Position numbers and translations under genes: made by a program. Below the pieces are notes generated by a model that saw only the letters and a list, made by a program, of their open reading frames with translations, was not told the DNA's origin and searched no databases. Shown here one piece after another: positions 41,329 to 53,300 of a stretch of 64,000 nt of DNA. Location of the stretch: contig JBHLOC010000008.1 of assembly GCA_048940925.1 (NCBI GenBank), positions 32,001-96,000 of the forward strand, written 5' to 3'. Positions within the stretch are counted from its first letter, which is position 1. Each line of letters begins with the position of its first letter. The DNA comes from Promethearchaeota archaeon (lineage in GTDB: Archaea > Asgardarchaeota > Lokiarchaeia > Sigyniarchaeales > SOKP01).

Positions 41329-44148
41329 TCACGCAACTAAGCTCAGTTCAATTTTAAATGTAGCAATTACATGTGCTTGTAATGTTATTTCCAGTATATT
41401 TTTATCAAACCTATCAATATTTGCTTTAATTACTTGTTTTGGTATATCTTCCAACAAATTTACAATTTTAACATCGCTAATTGTGATCTTTTCATAAAAA
41501 GTTAAAATTGTCTTTTGAGGGATAGAGGAAATATTATAAACTCTGATAACCAAATAATCTCCCTCCTCTGCTTTTTTAAGAGCACTTAAAATTACGCTTT
41601 TATTATTTATCTCAAGAAAACTTAAAGCAAAAGGAAGATAAGGCTCAAATTGTTCTTTTTTGGATGTACGATAGTAAGATAAAGGTCCAGATGGTCTTAA
41701 TATAACTTTATCCGAGGCTCTAAAAGGGGTTTGAACCATTGCTGGAAAAATTGGCTTAAGTGGGCTATTAAATTCTTTTCCTCTCATATGTACTTCTGAA
41801 TCTAACCAGTTGGTTTTTTGGCTAGTTATAATTGACAATTCAAATATGTGTGTACCAAGGCATTGTGCACCAGGTGTGTTCAAACCTGGTCCTGCATGAG
41901 ACATTCTAGTAATAAAATCATCACGAGAAAGCCATTCAACACATCTTAAGAGTGTGATTGCAAATATTATAGTATTATCTTTATTAATTATCCCTTCATA
42001 TTCCGGTAAACCTTTGTTTAATACAGCAAAAGTTCTTGAATTATCATTAATACATACAAAATCCTTCTGATGGTTTGTAGGTAGCGGTTTTTGAACCCAC
42101 TTGTCTGCTTTTGGCATTTTAACCCTCCTAGGAACGACATAAAAGTGTCCATCAGCAAAGATTGTGTCTGATCTTATCTTAGTAGGAAACAAGACACGAA
42201 TTCGATGATCTTTGCTATTATTTTCTAATTCAATCTTAAAATCAATTCGTTTAATCCCTTTATATAATGAGATATATAACGTTATTTTATTATCAACTAA
42301 CCAGTCTTTTCTATTATATCTATCCTCTGTAAGCGAGTGTGGAAGCTTTAGGTTTAATCTTAATTTAAATGTCTTTTGAGATGGGCCATCTATATAAACT
42401 GATCTTTCGAATATAGCAGCATCTTCAGTTGTGAAAACCAGATCATTTTGATTCTCTCTTGGACCAGAAAAGTCATATTCATCACCCCAATCACCCACAT
42501 CCTCGAATTCACAAATATTTTCATAGCACACTCCTGTTGTTTTATCAGTAACTTTGATAAATCCATCTGATTTTATATCAATTCGATAAAACTCATTTTC
42601 TAAATATTCTCGTGTTATCTTAAAATTTATGTTTTCGACAGTATATAACGTTGCTGATTCCACTGGTATAACGTAATAAACTTTATAGCCACATGGAGGA
42701 ACTTCTGCTAAAAATGTTAACTTATGACTTATGCCAAACTTTCTGGTAAATCGAGGCTGTTCTTTAATAACACAAGTTTGATATTCAATTTCTTGTTCAT
42801 CAGAATCAATCACTTTGATATTAAATGGTAATTTTTCACCTTTAGTCTTACGTGAAATCATATTGAATTCTACAACATCTTTTCGTTTCCATGGGAGTGG
42901 ATTATAAACAATTAAAGAGTTTAAATCCTTGTATTTAATATTCCCATTAATAAAATTGGATAAATAGATAAAAGAGTTTTTAAAAATCTCACTTGCAATT
43001 TGCTCTGCCCAGTCAAATCTCGTGTTCATTTCATCATGAACTTCATCAATGCTACAACCACATATACTATCATGGGGGGCATTTTTCTGAAGCCATTTTA
43101 AGCCTGTTAGTATGTAATCCTTTGGGTAAATAAAGCTCCTATATTTATCTAGAACCCACGTAATTGTAGAAATCGGTTCTGAGTACTTTTCATAAAGATT
43201 TTCAATTACTGTATTTCTTTGCTTAATCCAAATTCGAGCGGACAATACTCCTGATAATAAATGACCATATCTTCCGCCTCTTAATTCTCCTTCAAATGAT
43301 TTTAAATTTGGATTTGATTCTAAAACTTTGCCTACATAATATTCAAAGTCCGCTTGTTCTATATATTTTTCAGGATATAAATTATTCCATTGTTTTATGA
43401 TTTCTGGTATTTCTGGTTGAGCTTCATCGTGATCTGAACCATTATTAAGGAGTACATGTGGAGTACTAGTATAATTTTCTAAATTTTTAACCATATATTT
43501 TATCCTTCTCAATGCAGGTTTATATTCTCCCTTGATTTTTTGTGTATTGAGCTTTTCTAATGACCCATAACCAAATATTAAATGAATTCCTAAAATAGAT
43601 GCGGCATTTCCAGGGGCTTTCCATAAATATTCCATATTCAAATTGTTTTCTTCAAATTCATTACCAAATCCTCTCTTAAATATTACAGAAGAGATTTCAA
43701 AACCACTTAAAACTTGAGGCAATTGTGCAATATGCCCAAATGGATCAGGTATATAACCTGCTTTCATTACACGTCCAAACTTTCTGCTAATTTGGTGTCC
43801 GATTATTAAATTTCTTATTAAAGATTCACTACTAACCAAAAATTCATCTGGCAACACATACATTGGACCTATAGAAAGCCTTCCTTCTTTTACATATTTT
43901 TTAATTTCCTCCTCTCTCTCAGGTCGAACTTCTAAATAATCCTCTATTGGAATGGTTTGCCCGTCGAACGTGAAATTTTTGTAATCAGGGTCATTTTTTA
44001 GAACATCCAACAATTTATCCATCATTATAACAAGTCTAGCACGAAACTCTTGAAAAGGGAGATACCAATCATGCTTTATACATCAATTGTATAAAGTTTC
44101 ACGGTCCCAATGAGTTTCTGGAACAATTATTATGTTATTCGCTTTCAA
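41329..44148 (-). CDS. GH38 alpha-mannosidase, split by a 30-nt BHB intron (exons 44148-44098 and 44067-41329; 929 aa spliced)
   Basis: TTG start gives MKANNIIIVPETHWDRE, which joins WYLPFQEFRARLV. Downstream motifs: DGQT, PDPFGH, NGSDH and HDSICGCS. Confidence 0.9.
44068..44097 (-). other. Putative BHB mRNA intron in the GH38 gene (30 nt)
   Basis: Minus strand CGTG-AA|A-CTTTATACA-ATTGA-TGTATAAAG-CATG-AT|T: 4-bp central helix, two 3-nt bulges and a perfect 9-bp inner stem. Contains an in-frame TGA. Confidence 0.88.
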
Positions 44149-44239
44149 AATAATGGCATTCTCATCAAAATTTTTAATTTGAGTTTCTAAAAGAATAGTG
44201 TTATATAAACTAATTGAATATTCAAAGAATTAAGGACAT

Positions 44240-45766
44240 TTAATGATGTTTTAATAATGATTTCCCTATAACACTTGAATGAGGTTTTTTACCTAATAAA
44301 TCTAATAAAGTTGGGACCATATCGGTTGTCTTACAATATGATAGTTCCATTAATGGAATTTCTGGTGAGCCCCCAATTATAAATGGTACGATCATCGATT
44401 CCTTTAGTGCTATATCGTGGCCATAAATATGATCATTAATAGTTTTACCATGCTCATAATTAAATGCAAATTCGCCTAACGTTGATACCATTATATCGCA
44501 AGATCTAGGATTTTTGAAATAACGAGGTATTTGATCAACAATAATTGGAAAATCTATATGATTCGTAGCCTCTAGCCATTCATCAATCGTATGAAATCTA
44601 TTATCAAGAATTCTCGCTGAAATTTCATTTTTACTATAACCATAGAACTCATAATTATCAAATGTATATCTTGTTTTTTGTTCTATACCAAAACCCTGAT
44701 ATTCAATCATTCCATTGAATTTTTTTCCAGACTTTTTTTCTAGATACTCAATGTGAATTTTTCCTTTTTCTGGTTTATTATTATCATCTCTATAATACAT
44801 AAATTTGACTCCTGGAATTTCCCATAATATCTCAAAGAGATTTAAACTATTTTGTCCATTACCAGAAGGTTTAAAATTTTGCATATCTTTATTTGTTGGA
44901 TGATGATGCCAAGTTTCTCCTGGAAAATTAAAAAAGCCTACTGATCCAAAATTACAATCAAAATCTCCAATCGCTTTTGAAGGTATATATGGTATTAATC
45001 CTTTTTGTTGAAAGTATGGTTCAAGGTCAACTACCTCCTCTGCTTTAAAATTCCCATGATCTGTTGTTATAGCAATGGCAGTATTATCATAATATCCCCC
45101 AATTTTTAAAGTATTCATCAAAGATCCAATATATTTATCACAATTAATTATTTGATTAATATAATCAATATGGTCAAATCCCAAATCATGCATAAGATCA
45201 TCAGTATGAGGAACGTATCCTATTGTAATTAACGGAACCTCTTTATTAGAAAAAAATTCTCCTGGATTTTTAAAAGCCTTTTCAATATTTGTAAATATAG
45301 GCTCTACATCAAAATAATTTTCTGCAATAGTAAAATGAGCTCCGCGAAATAAAAAACAAGTAGAGCTTAACATATTTTCTCCAGGTACTTGTTCAAAAAT
45401 AGTTTTTACATTATTCCCAATATCATTATTTATTCGTAATAATTGACTTCTATCTCCATAATTACGAATAAAAGGAAGTTTTTTCTTCGTTGATGGAGGG
45501 TCTGTTCTATTTACCCAATGATACATAGGAACAGCGCTTCCTTCTTTAGGAAAATATCCTGAATAAGAACCTGTTACAATATTACCGTAACAAGGAAAAG
45601 TGATAGAAGGATAAGATGTTACGCAATTTGAGCATCTAATACCAGTTTTTGCAATTTTTGCCATATTTGGAAGTCTTCCTTCATTCATCAATTTAAATAG
45701 ATGTTCAGCACGAATATCATCAAAGATAATTAATATTACTTGGTTAACTTTAGCGCTACGACTCAT
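44240..45766 (-). CDS. Alkaline phosphatase / nucleotide pyrophosphatase family protein
   Basis: IIFDD, YPSITFP, DDLMH, TTDHG, GH and DMVPTLL. Confidence 0.82.
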   Translation of the reverse strand: MSRSAKVNQVILIIFDDIRAEHLFKLMNEGRLPNMAKIAKTGIRCSNCVTSYPSITFPCYGNIVTGSYSGYFPKEGSAVPMYHWVNRTDPPSTKKKLPFIRNYGDRSQLLRINNDIGNNVKTIFEQVPGENMLSSTCFLFRGAHFTIAENYFDVEPIFTNIEKAFKNPGEFFSNKEVPLITIGYVPHTDDLMHDLGFDHIDYINQIINCDKYIGSLMNTLKIGGYYDNTAIAITTDHGNFKAEEVVDLEPYFQQKGLIPYIPSKAIGDFDCNFGSVGFFNFPGETWHHHPTNKDMQNFKPSGNGQNSLNLFEILWEIPGVKFMYYRDDNNKPEKGKIHIEYLEKKSGKKFNGMIEYQGFGIEQKTRYTFDNYEFYGYSKNEISARILDNRFHTIDEWLEATNHIDFPIIVDQIPRYFKNPRSCDIMVSTLGEFAFNYEHGKTINDHIYGHDIALKESMIVPFIIGGSPEIPLMELSYCKTTDMVPTLLDLLGKKPHSSVIGKSLLKHH

Positions 45767-45887
45767 AATTATCTAATCCTTGATAAGAATTTATATAAAT
45801 TTTAAATGAAATATTCTTGTATAAAATTTGTATTTTAAGTTTTTTTAAAAAGTGATATAGACAATTTAGTAAAACTATCAAATAATA

Positions 45888-46970
45888 ATGGAAACAGTTC
45901 ATAAGATATATTTTAAAAATTCATCTGATATGAGTGAATTAGATTCCAATTCTATAGATTTGGTGATAACATCGCCCCCTTATCCCATGATTGAGATGTG
46001 GGATTTTCTATATTCTTCTTTAAATAATGAGATAAAAAAAGCACTAGAAAAAGAAGATGGGAAAAGATCATTCAATTTGATGCATAAAGAATTAGATAAA
46101 GTATGGCAAGAAGTAATGCGAGTTGTAAAACCTGGTGGAATCGCTTGTATAAATATAGGCGATGCTACAAGAAAAATTGGTAAAAATTTTCAATTATATC
46201 CTAATCATGTGAAAATAACTAATTTTTTCTTAAACAAAGATTTTGTTGAATTACCTTGTATTTTATGGAGAAAACCGACGAATAGCCCTAATAAATTTTT
46301 GGGCTCTGGAATGTTACCCCCCAATGCGTACGTCACACTGGAACATGAATATATTTTAATTTTTAGGAAGGGAAATATCAAAAGGGAAATCCAACCTAAA
46401 TCGAAAAATAGATATAATAGCGTGTTTTTTTGGGAAGAAAGAAATAAATGGTTTACAGATATTTGGGAAGATATAAGGGGTACCCCTCAGGATTTATATA
46501 GAAACTACAATAATCAAAAAAAATTAAGGGAACGTTCTGCAGCATTTCCTTTAGAAATACCTTATCGTTTGATTAATATGTTTTCATTATATGAAGATAG
46601 AATATTAGATCCATTCTGGGGAACAGGAACAACTACATTAGCAGCAATGATATCTGCGAGAAATTCAGTAGGATATGAAATTAACTCAGGGTTTTTAGAA
46701 CTATTTAAAAAAAATATAAGAAATCTCAAAAAATTAAGCAATTATATTAATAAGAATAGAATAAATCGACATATTGAATTCATTAAAAAGTATATGAAAG
46801 AAGATAAAGATGTGAAATATTCTTCAGAACACTACAAATTTCCAATTATAACAAAACAGGAGATAGATCTTTTATTATACTCAGTAAAAAAATATAGTGA
46901 AAATAAGAATCAATTTTTGCTTAACTATGATAAATATGAATTTGAAAATATAAAAAATTATGATTTATAA
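45888..46970 (+). CDS. Orphan DNA methyltransferase (N4-C/N6-A, beta class)
   Basis: TSPPY followed by LDPFWGTGTT; no adjacent restriction endonuclease. Confidence 0.88.
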   Translation: METVHKIYFKNSSDMSELDSNSIDLVITSPPYPMIEMWDFLYSSLNNEIKKALEKEDGKRSFNLMHKELDKVWQEVMRVVKPGGIACINIGDATRKIGKNFQLYPNHVKITNFFLNKDFVELPCILWRKPTNSPNKFLGSGMLPPNAYVTLEHEYILIFRKGNIKREIQPKSKNRYNSVFFWEERNKWFTDIWEDIRGTPQDLYRNYNNQKKLRERSAAFPLEIPYRLINMFSLYEDRILDPFWGTGTTTLAAMISARNSVGYEINSGFLELFKKNIRNLKKLSNYINKNRINRHIEFIKKYMKEDKDVKYSSEHYKFPIITKQEIDLLLYSVKKYSENKNQFLLNYDKYEFENIKNYDL

Positions 46971-47140
46971 ACTTGTATATATATCTTCTACAGAAGTTGA
47001 AATAACATTAAACATTATAATATATTTAAAATATTTACATATTCAAATTGACCTAAATTTATTTAGTAAAAAATGAAAAATTATAATATTTTAACCAATA
47101 ATTAAGTAGATTTTTTTACATTTTCATAAGGAGGGTCATT

Positions 47141-47926
47141 ATGCTTGATCATGATGGTGATGTTGAGTTGTTAAAAAGTCAGATAAACAAGCTAAATTTC
47201 GAAATAAATAAAAAAAATCAAGAAATAAATCTTTACCTTGATAAGCTCAATGATTATGAGGAAGAACTAATGAAACTTCATGAACTTATATCAAAAACAC
47301 CACCGCACATAGATATTGAAAAAATTATTGAAGCTAAATTTAATTTTGAATTAAAAGATAAAGAAAGAGAAATTAGAGATTTGAAAAATCGTATGGGATT
47401 TTTAAGGCAAGAAAAAATAAACTTTCAACGAGAATTATCAGAATTTAAAAAAAAAAGTAAACCTTCTAAGGAATCTATAGAGGAAATAAGGGAAAAACAA
47501 AACCTTATTAATGCTTTGCTAAATCGTGAGTCTTTAACTAATGAATTAAGAAAAAAGCTATATACACAAGAAATTATAACAGGAAATTTAAGAAAAGAAA
47601 TTGAAGGAAAAGATGATGAAATTGAATATTTGAAATTACTAATAAAAGAATTAAATGAAGAAATTAGAAATAAAAATTCAATAATAGAAGGTACAATAGA
47701 TAAAAAAATAAAGAGCGAGTTAAAAAATAAATGGCAAAACGAGCTTAAAAAAAGTAAAGAACTGATTGAAGATTTAACCCAAGAATTGAATAAATACAGA
47801 GTATTTCAAAAAGATAAAATATTGCATGAGATTCAAATACGTGATCTTCAAAATAAAATTAATTTGTTTGAAAAAGAATTGGTAAAAAAAGATAAAATAA
47901 TTAATGAATTGAAATTAGAAAAATAA
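47141..47926 (+). CDS. Coiled-coil protein
   Basis: K/E/L-rich heptads throughout; SD AGGAGG. Confidence 0.65.
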   Translation: MLDHDGDVELLKSQINKLNFEINKKNQEINLYLDKLNDYEEELMKLHELISKTPPHIDIEKIIEAKFNFELKDKEREIRDLKNRMGFLRQEKINFQRELSEFKKKSKPSKESIEEIREKQNLINALLNRESLTNELRKKLYTQEIITGNLRKEIEGKDDEIEYLKLLIKELNEEIRNKNSIIEGTIDKKIKSELKNKWQNELKKSKELIEDLTQELNKYRVFQKDKILHEIQIRDLQNKINLFEKELVKKDKIINELKLEK

Positions 47927-47974
47927 GTTACAATACCAAAAACTATTCATTCCAAAACATTTGGATTTTAAATT

Positions 47975-50035
47975 TTAAACAGATTCTAAAAATTTATAGG
48001 CAACATATAAAAAAGCGTCATTCACATTTTCACCAGATTTTGCAGATGTAAGTATATAATGAAAATCATGTTTATCAGCTACTCTTTTTATATCTGATTC
48101 ACTAATTATAAACTGATCAGTTAGATCCGATTTATTTCCTATTAATATAATATCAATATCTGTTTTAACATAATTTTTAATTTCATCATACCATTTATCA
48201 ACACTCTTTAAACTATCTAAACGCGTTCTGTCGATTACTATAAAAGCAAATTTTGCTCCTTCATAAAACTTTTTTCTATAAGGTGCCATCTTAGGTAATT
48301 GGCCACCAATATCCCATATTACGAATTTTATTTTTGTATTTTCACTTAATTCTATTTCCCTTTGCGAAATATCTACTCCCACTGTAGAATGATAATCTTC
48401 TTTGAAGAGATTTAGGACATATCTCTGAATTAATGATGTTTTACCTACTGCATAATCACCTGTTAAAATTAATTTAAAAGAAAACTGCCCCTCTGGAATT
48501 TTGCCTTCTTTGGTTTTAGATAAAATTCTTACAATCTCTGGGATCTCAAGAGATATATTTTCATTTCCTTCCAAAATTAGTTCGATTTTTGTAGCAACAT
48601 GTTCAGAATAGACCCTTAATTCTGTATCTGAAGGAGAAAGGTTAGAAATCGTCAATAAAATTGACTTTGAACCTTTTGAACAATAAGCAAATTTGTTATC
48701 TTGAATAGTTGTTACATTAAAAAAACTACTTTCATCGCCAAATTCTCTTTTTATTCTCTCAATAAATGTATCAATTGTAACTGCTAATGCTCCTAATAAA
48801 GATTCATCTTCCGTTTGTTCACTGCTGACTGAAGTAATGATGAAACCGTCTCGATCACTTACTATTACCGATATAATTCCCTCAGTATTTTTCATATAAT
48901 TCTTTAATAATGTCGTTAAAAGTTTATCTAACGAAGATATTCTTTTTGGGCTATATTGTTCTGCTATAGTCGAAGTTGTTGATATTACTAATTCTTGTTG
49001 AGATTCAGATCTTTTTAATCTATTTTGTATTTCTTGATATTTATTATAAAATTCTAATTCTTGAAGATTTTCTCCAAGTTCTATGCATATATTTACAATT
49101 TTTTCATAAATTGAATCTGCTTTCTCAAGATTAACCTCAATTAAGGCAATTTCAAATTCATTAATTAATATTTCTTTATCATACATTAATTTTAATATAG
49201 GTGCAATTTGTTCAAACATCTCTAAGGTTTTTAAAATAATTCTCAATAACGTATCTTGATATTCTGAATCCGTGGCAATTACAGGATATACTTTTAGGTT
49301 TAAGATCTCTTCTATTTGAGCTGGTTCTAATATATCTTTTAAATCCTGTTTATTGCCTAAACCACAAGTGTAAGCTAAAGGTGTTTCTTCTTTTGTTTTA
49401 TTTAAGAAAAATTTACTTTTATTTATATTTTCTAAGCTAGAATCAGTTATTATAATTACTGCATCACTTCCCTTGATGAAATTATTCCATAAAAAGCCAA
49501 TTTCTTCTTGTTCAGTAAAATCTCTCAATAGAAAGTGTATTTTTCCAATCTTTAATAGTGCAATATCTCCTCCGATTTGAGAGTCATGTTTTAGTGGAAT
49601 TTCTTTTGTCCTTATTAAATTGAAAATTGTAGTTTTTCCAACTTCTTTATACCCTACTAACGAAATTTTGGGCGGAAATTTATTTTGGAATGAATAGATT
49701 ACGGGATCAAAACTCTTTAAACTATTTGCATCAAATTTCTGGAGTAGATTATCTTTAAATAAATTTACAAAATTTTCTTTACACTTTACTAATTCTCTTT
49801 CAATAATTACAGGATCATCAACTATAGTATTAATAAATAAAAATAATAAATTGAATTCTTCATCTCCTAAATATGATATACGGTCTCTTTTATGATCCCA
49901 ATATTGAAATGTATTAATAATGCCTGAAAATATCTCTTTTTTTAAGAATTCAAAATTTTCTTTCTCAAGAGCTTTTCCGAAAAGTTTTTTATATATGAGG
50001 ATCTTATTTTTAAAAATATAAACTTGCCTTAAAAT
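47975..50035 (-). CDS. Multidomain longin - degenerate GTPase - roadblock - Rab-like GTPase (686 aa), probable ATT start
   Basis: The frame is open to 50047. The extension reads LRQVYIF..(longin-like)..KISLVGYKEVGKTT..RDFTEQ..NKQD. Then roadblock (VSDRDGFII) and GDYAVGKTS/WDIGGQ/NKSD/TSAK. ATT lies 7 nt after SD AAGGTGA. Confidence 0.85.
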   Translation of the reverse strand: MLRQVYIFKNKILIYKKLFGKALEKENFEFLKKEIFSGIINTFQYWDHKRDRISYLGDEEFNLLFLFINTIVDDPVIIERELVKCKENFVNLFKDNLLQKFDANSLKSFDPVIYSFQNKFPPKISLVGYKEVGKTTIFNLIRTKEIPLKHDSQIGGDIALLKIGKIHFLLRDFTEQEEIGFLWNNFIKGSDAVIIITDSSLENINKSKFFLNKTKEETPLAYTCGLGNKQDLKDILEPAQIEEILNLKVYPVIATDSEYQDTLLRIILKTLEMFEQIAPILKLMYDKEILINEFEIALIEVNLEKADSIYEKIVNICIELGENLQELEFYNKYQEIQNRLKRSESQQELVISTTSTIAEQYSPKRISSLDKLLTTLLKNYMKNTEGIISVIVSDRDGFIITSVSSEQTEDESLLGALAVTIDTFIERIKREFGDESSFFNVTTIQDNKFAYCSKGSKSILLTISNLSPSDTELRVYSEHVATKIELILEGNENISLEIPEIVRILSKTKEGKIPEGQFSFKLILTGDYAVGKTSLIQRYVLNLFKEDYHSTVGVDISQREIELSENTKIKFVIWDIGGQLPKMAPYRKKFYEGAKFAFIVIDRTRLDSLKSVDKWYDEIKNYVKTDIDIILIGNKSDLTDQFIISESDIKRVADKHDFHYILTSAKSGENVNDAFLYVAYKFLESV

Positions 50036-50321
50036 AGAATTTTCACCTTAATATTGATATTTTCGATTTCACATGTTTAATTGAATTATTAATTATTATT
50101 AATTTAATAATGGTTAAAACGAAATAATATATTTTTCTACATTTATTTTTACTCATTTAATATTATCCAAAAACTATAGATATAAAAATCTGTATTAGTA
50201 TAATATTTTACAAATAAGTTAGGGTATATAATTGAACTAGCTTATCACTTATTTAATATAAAACAGAGTTAAGAAAATTTATTTTATAAGATATAAATAA
50301 ACAACGGTAAAACTTTTTAAA

Positions 50322-53300
50322 ATGACAGTTAGAAAAAATAAATCAAAAAAAAGAATAAAATCTCTTGGAATTCTTTTTCTTACAATAATTTTACCAGCCA
50401 TTATTAGCACACCACTATTTTCAATTTTTAATGAACCAAACCAAACTATTGAACAAGACAATACTGAAAAGGATGAAAGTAGGGAACCACAATTCCCAAC
50501 CCCCTCAAGTAATCTTCCTAATGCCCATTATTTTAGTTATTATAAAACTATTACAATTGATCACACAAAAGTCAATGGTGATCATTCTAATTTTCCTGTG
50601 TTAATTTCTATAATCGACTCAGACTTGGACGATAAGGCTCAGTTTGATGGGGATGATATTGCTTTTGCAAATAGTACTGCATGGCTAGATCACGAAATAG
50701 AGCTATATGACCCAAGTTATAGTTTCGATGAAGCCCAACTTATTGCATGGGTCCAGATACCTTTTTTATATAATTCAACTGATACATTTATATTCATGTT
50801 TTATGGTAATTCCACTATAGGGCCCCAAGAACATGCAACAGGAGTTTGGGATTCCTATTATAAGGGTGTATGGCATTTAAAAGAAGATCCTGGAGGTCCA
50901 AATGATATTAAAGATTCAACTTCGAATGATAAACATGGAACTTCAAACTCAATGTGGATGTCTAATCAGGTGTCAGGAAAGATTGATGGTAGTTTAAATT
51001 TTGATGGAAACTATGATTATATAAGTGTGGGTGATGTTGGACCAGAAATAAAAACTATTGAATTTTGGATGAACCCCGATTCTCTCGCAAGTTATGGTGA
51101 TGTGGATAACTCAGGTCCTCACAGCCCAACTGCAACTGGAGAAACATATGATCAGTGGAACGCCCCAACTAATGCTTATGCTAGTGATGATTTATTTGCA
51201 AATGCATCAGGATATTATCCAGATCAAGATTATTACAACTTTTCTTTTAATATACCTGCTGATGCTCTTATTCAAGGTATTGAGGTATCTATTGAGGGAA
51301 TGTCTGGAACACAATATCAGACAGCTAGATGTAGAATAAGGCTTTCCGGAAATGGCGGGAGTACTTATACCGATTATTATGAGTTAAGTTGGTGGAGTAG
51401 TTATTATGACGATTATGATACAGCTGGAGGTTCCACAAATACATGGGGCAAACTTGGAGGATGGTCGCCATCTGAGTTTAATAATGCTAACTTCAGAGTT
51501 CGGCTTGAAGAATCAGGTCAGGCTATTTTACTTGTTGATCATCTCATTGTTACAGTATATTATAGGATACCTGGTGATATAGCAGTGATTGACCTAAATG
51601 GAAATGCTCAAATTTCAATTGATAAGGATGGTGGTGAAATAAAAGCTTTTGGTTTTCCGGGTACAACCAATATTTATATTAATGGAACAATGGAGACTAA
51701 AGTAGGTATAGGAACATGGTATCATGTAGTAATTATTAATACAATTGGAGTCCTTGGTTCGGATTTTGTTATTGCGGGAAATATTTCAGTGAACTTTGAT
51801 GGTCTTTTCGACGAGGTTCGTCTCTCCAATATAACTCGCTCACCAGAGTGGATTGCCACTGAATATAATAATCAGTACGATCCAGATAACTTTTACTTTA
51901 TTAGTGAAGAAAGAACTTCGGTGACTGATGTTCGAGTTAATGCTTTTGATCTATATGGTCATATCATTCCAAATGTAAATATTTCCCTAATTCAAAATAA
52001 TATAATAATTAGGAGTGCTATAGCAAATGCTAGTGGGGCTGTTATGTTTGAAGGTGTACTTTCAATAGATTATAAATATAATTTTAGCGTATCCATGACA
52101 TCAAATATCGCACCTTATCACACAATTATCATTAATAGAACATCTGAAGCAATCCTAATAGAAGGAGAATCTCAAACTATTAATTTAATATGCAATATAT
52201 CCAGAAATATCTTTAATGTGGTAGATACTGATGGAATTCCACTTGATTCTGGATGGATTATAGTTGGTAATTATTCAGATCCAATTCAGAATTGTACTAT
52301 TGACCAAAATGGACAAGCTACATTTAGGTGGTTAAATAATAGCGCTTATAATTATACAGTATGGTATCGTGATGTTGATTATAATCATGAAAATCAGCAT
52401 AAAATTGAAGTAGCAACAGGAGACATATTCAAAAGTCAATATGATTCAGAGATCAATATAACTACAATCTTAACAACAGTCAATTTTACACTTTTTACTA
52501 AGAATAATCCTCAACCCGTTGATGGCGCCAAATTAATATTGGGCAATGCTAACTTAGACAGAAGTATTGTAAATTTAACCACAGACATAGATGGAAAAGC
52601 AACGCTTAGGTGGGTAAATTCTTCTGGTATTAATTCAGATTATTCATTGCAAGTTAGTTTCTATGGAAAGCTATGGGACATTGAAATAGAAGATCTTATG
52701 ACAGGTGTGAAAAAACAAATCAATTTTACAGTGAAAGCTAAAGCAGCTTATAATGTGAGCATTATTCTTGAACCAACTGAGCTAGAAAAATTTGAAACAG
52801 ACCTAATATCATTAAATCCAATAAGCAATATTCAAGTAGAATGGGGTTCGAATGTAACATTCAGAGCATTATTCAATGTAACTAAAGTACCTTCAGGATA
52901 TGAAAATTTAACTGGACCAACCTATGCAGAACCGATGTCATATAAAATATTTGAAGATTCAACCCTCATTCTTTCTGGAATAATACCCACAGAAGATGAT
53001 TATATTGGGAGACATAAGAAAGAAATTAGAACAGATGAGTTAGAAACTGGGATAGTTTATATAATTATAATAACAGCTCAAAAACCTGGATATGTTTTGC
53101 CTTCAGAGGACATTATAATGTCATTGTACCTTTTAGAAAATGAACTAATATTAAACCAATCCGAAAATGATGATTCACCTCAATCAATACCTTGGCAGGA
53201 GTTTACCAACATGTCAGTAAAACCATATGGTATAATCTCTGAAGATTTCAGTATAGACTATAATATGTATAATTGTAATAATGGTACATTTCAATTTTCA

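Noticed and set aside
44083-44085. In-frame TGA in the GH38 gene read as selenocysteine or readthrough
   Set aside because: Readthrough would insert 10 residues into HWDREWY, no SECIS is visible downstream, and BHB excision explains the site exactly.
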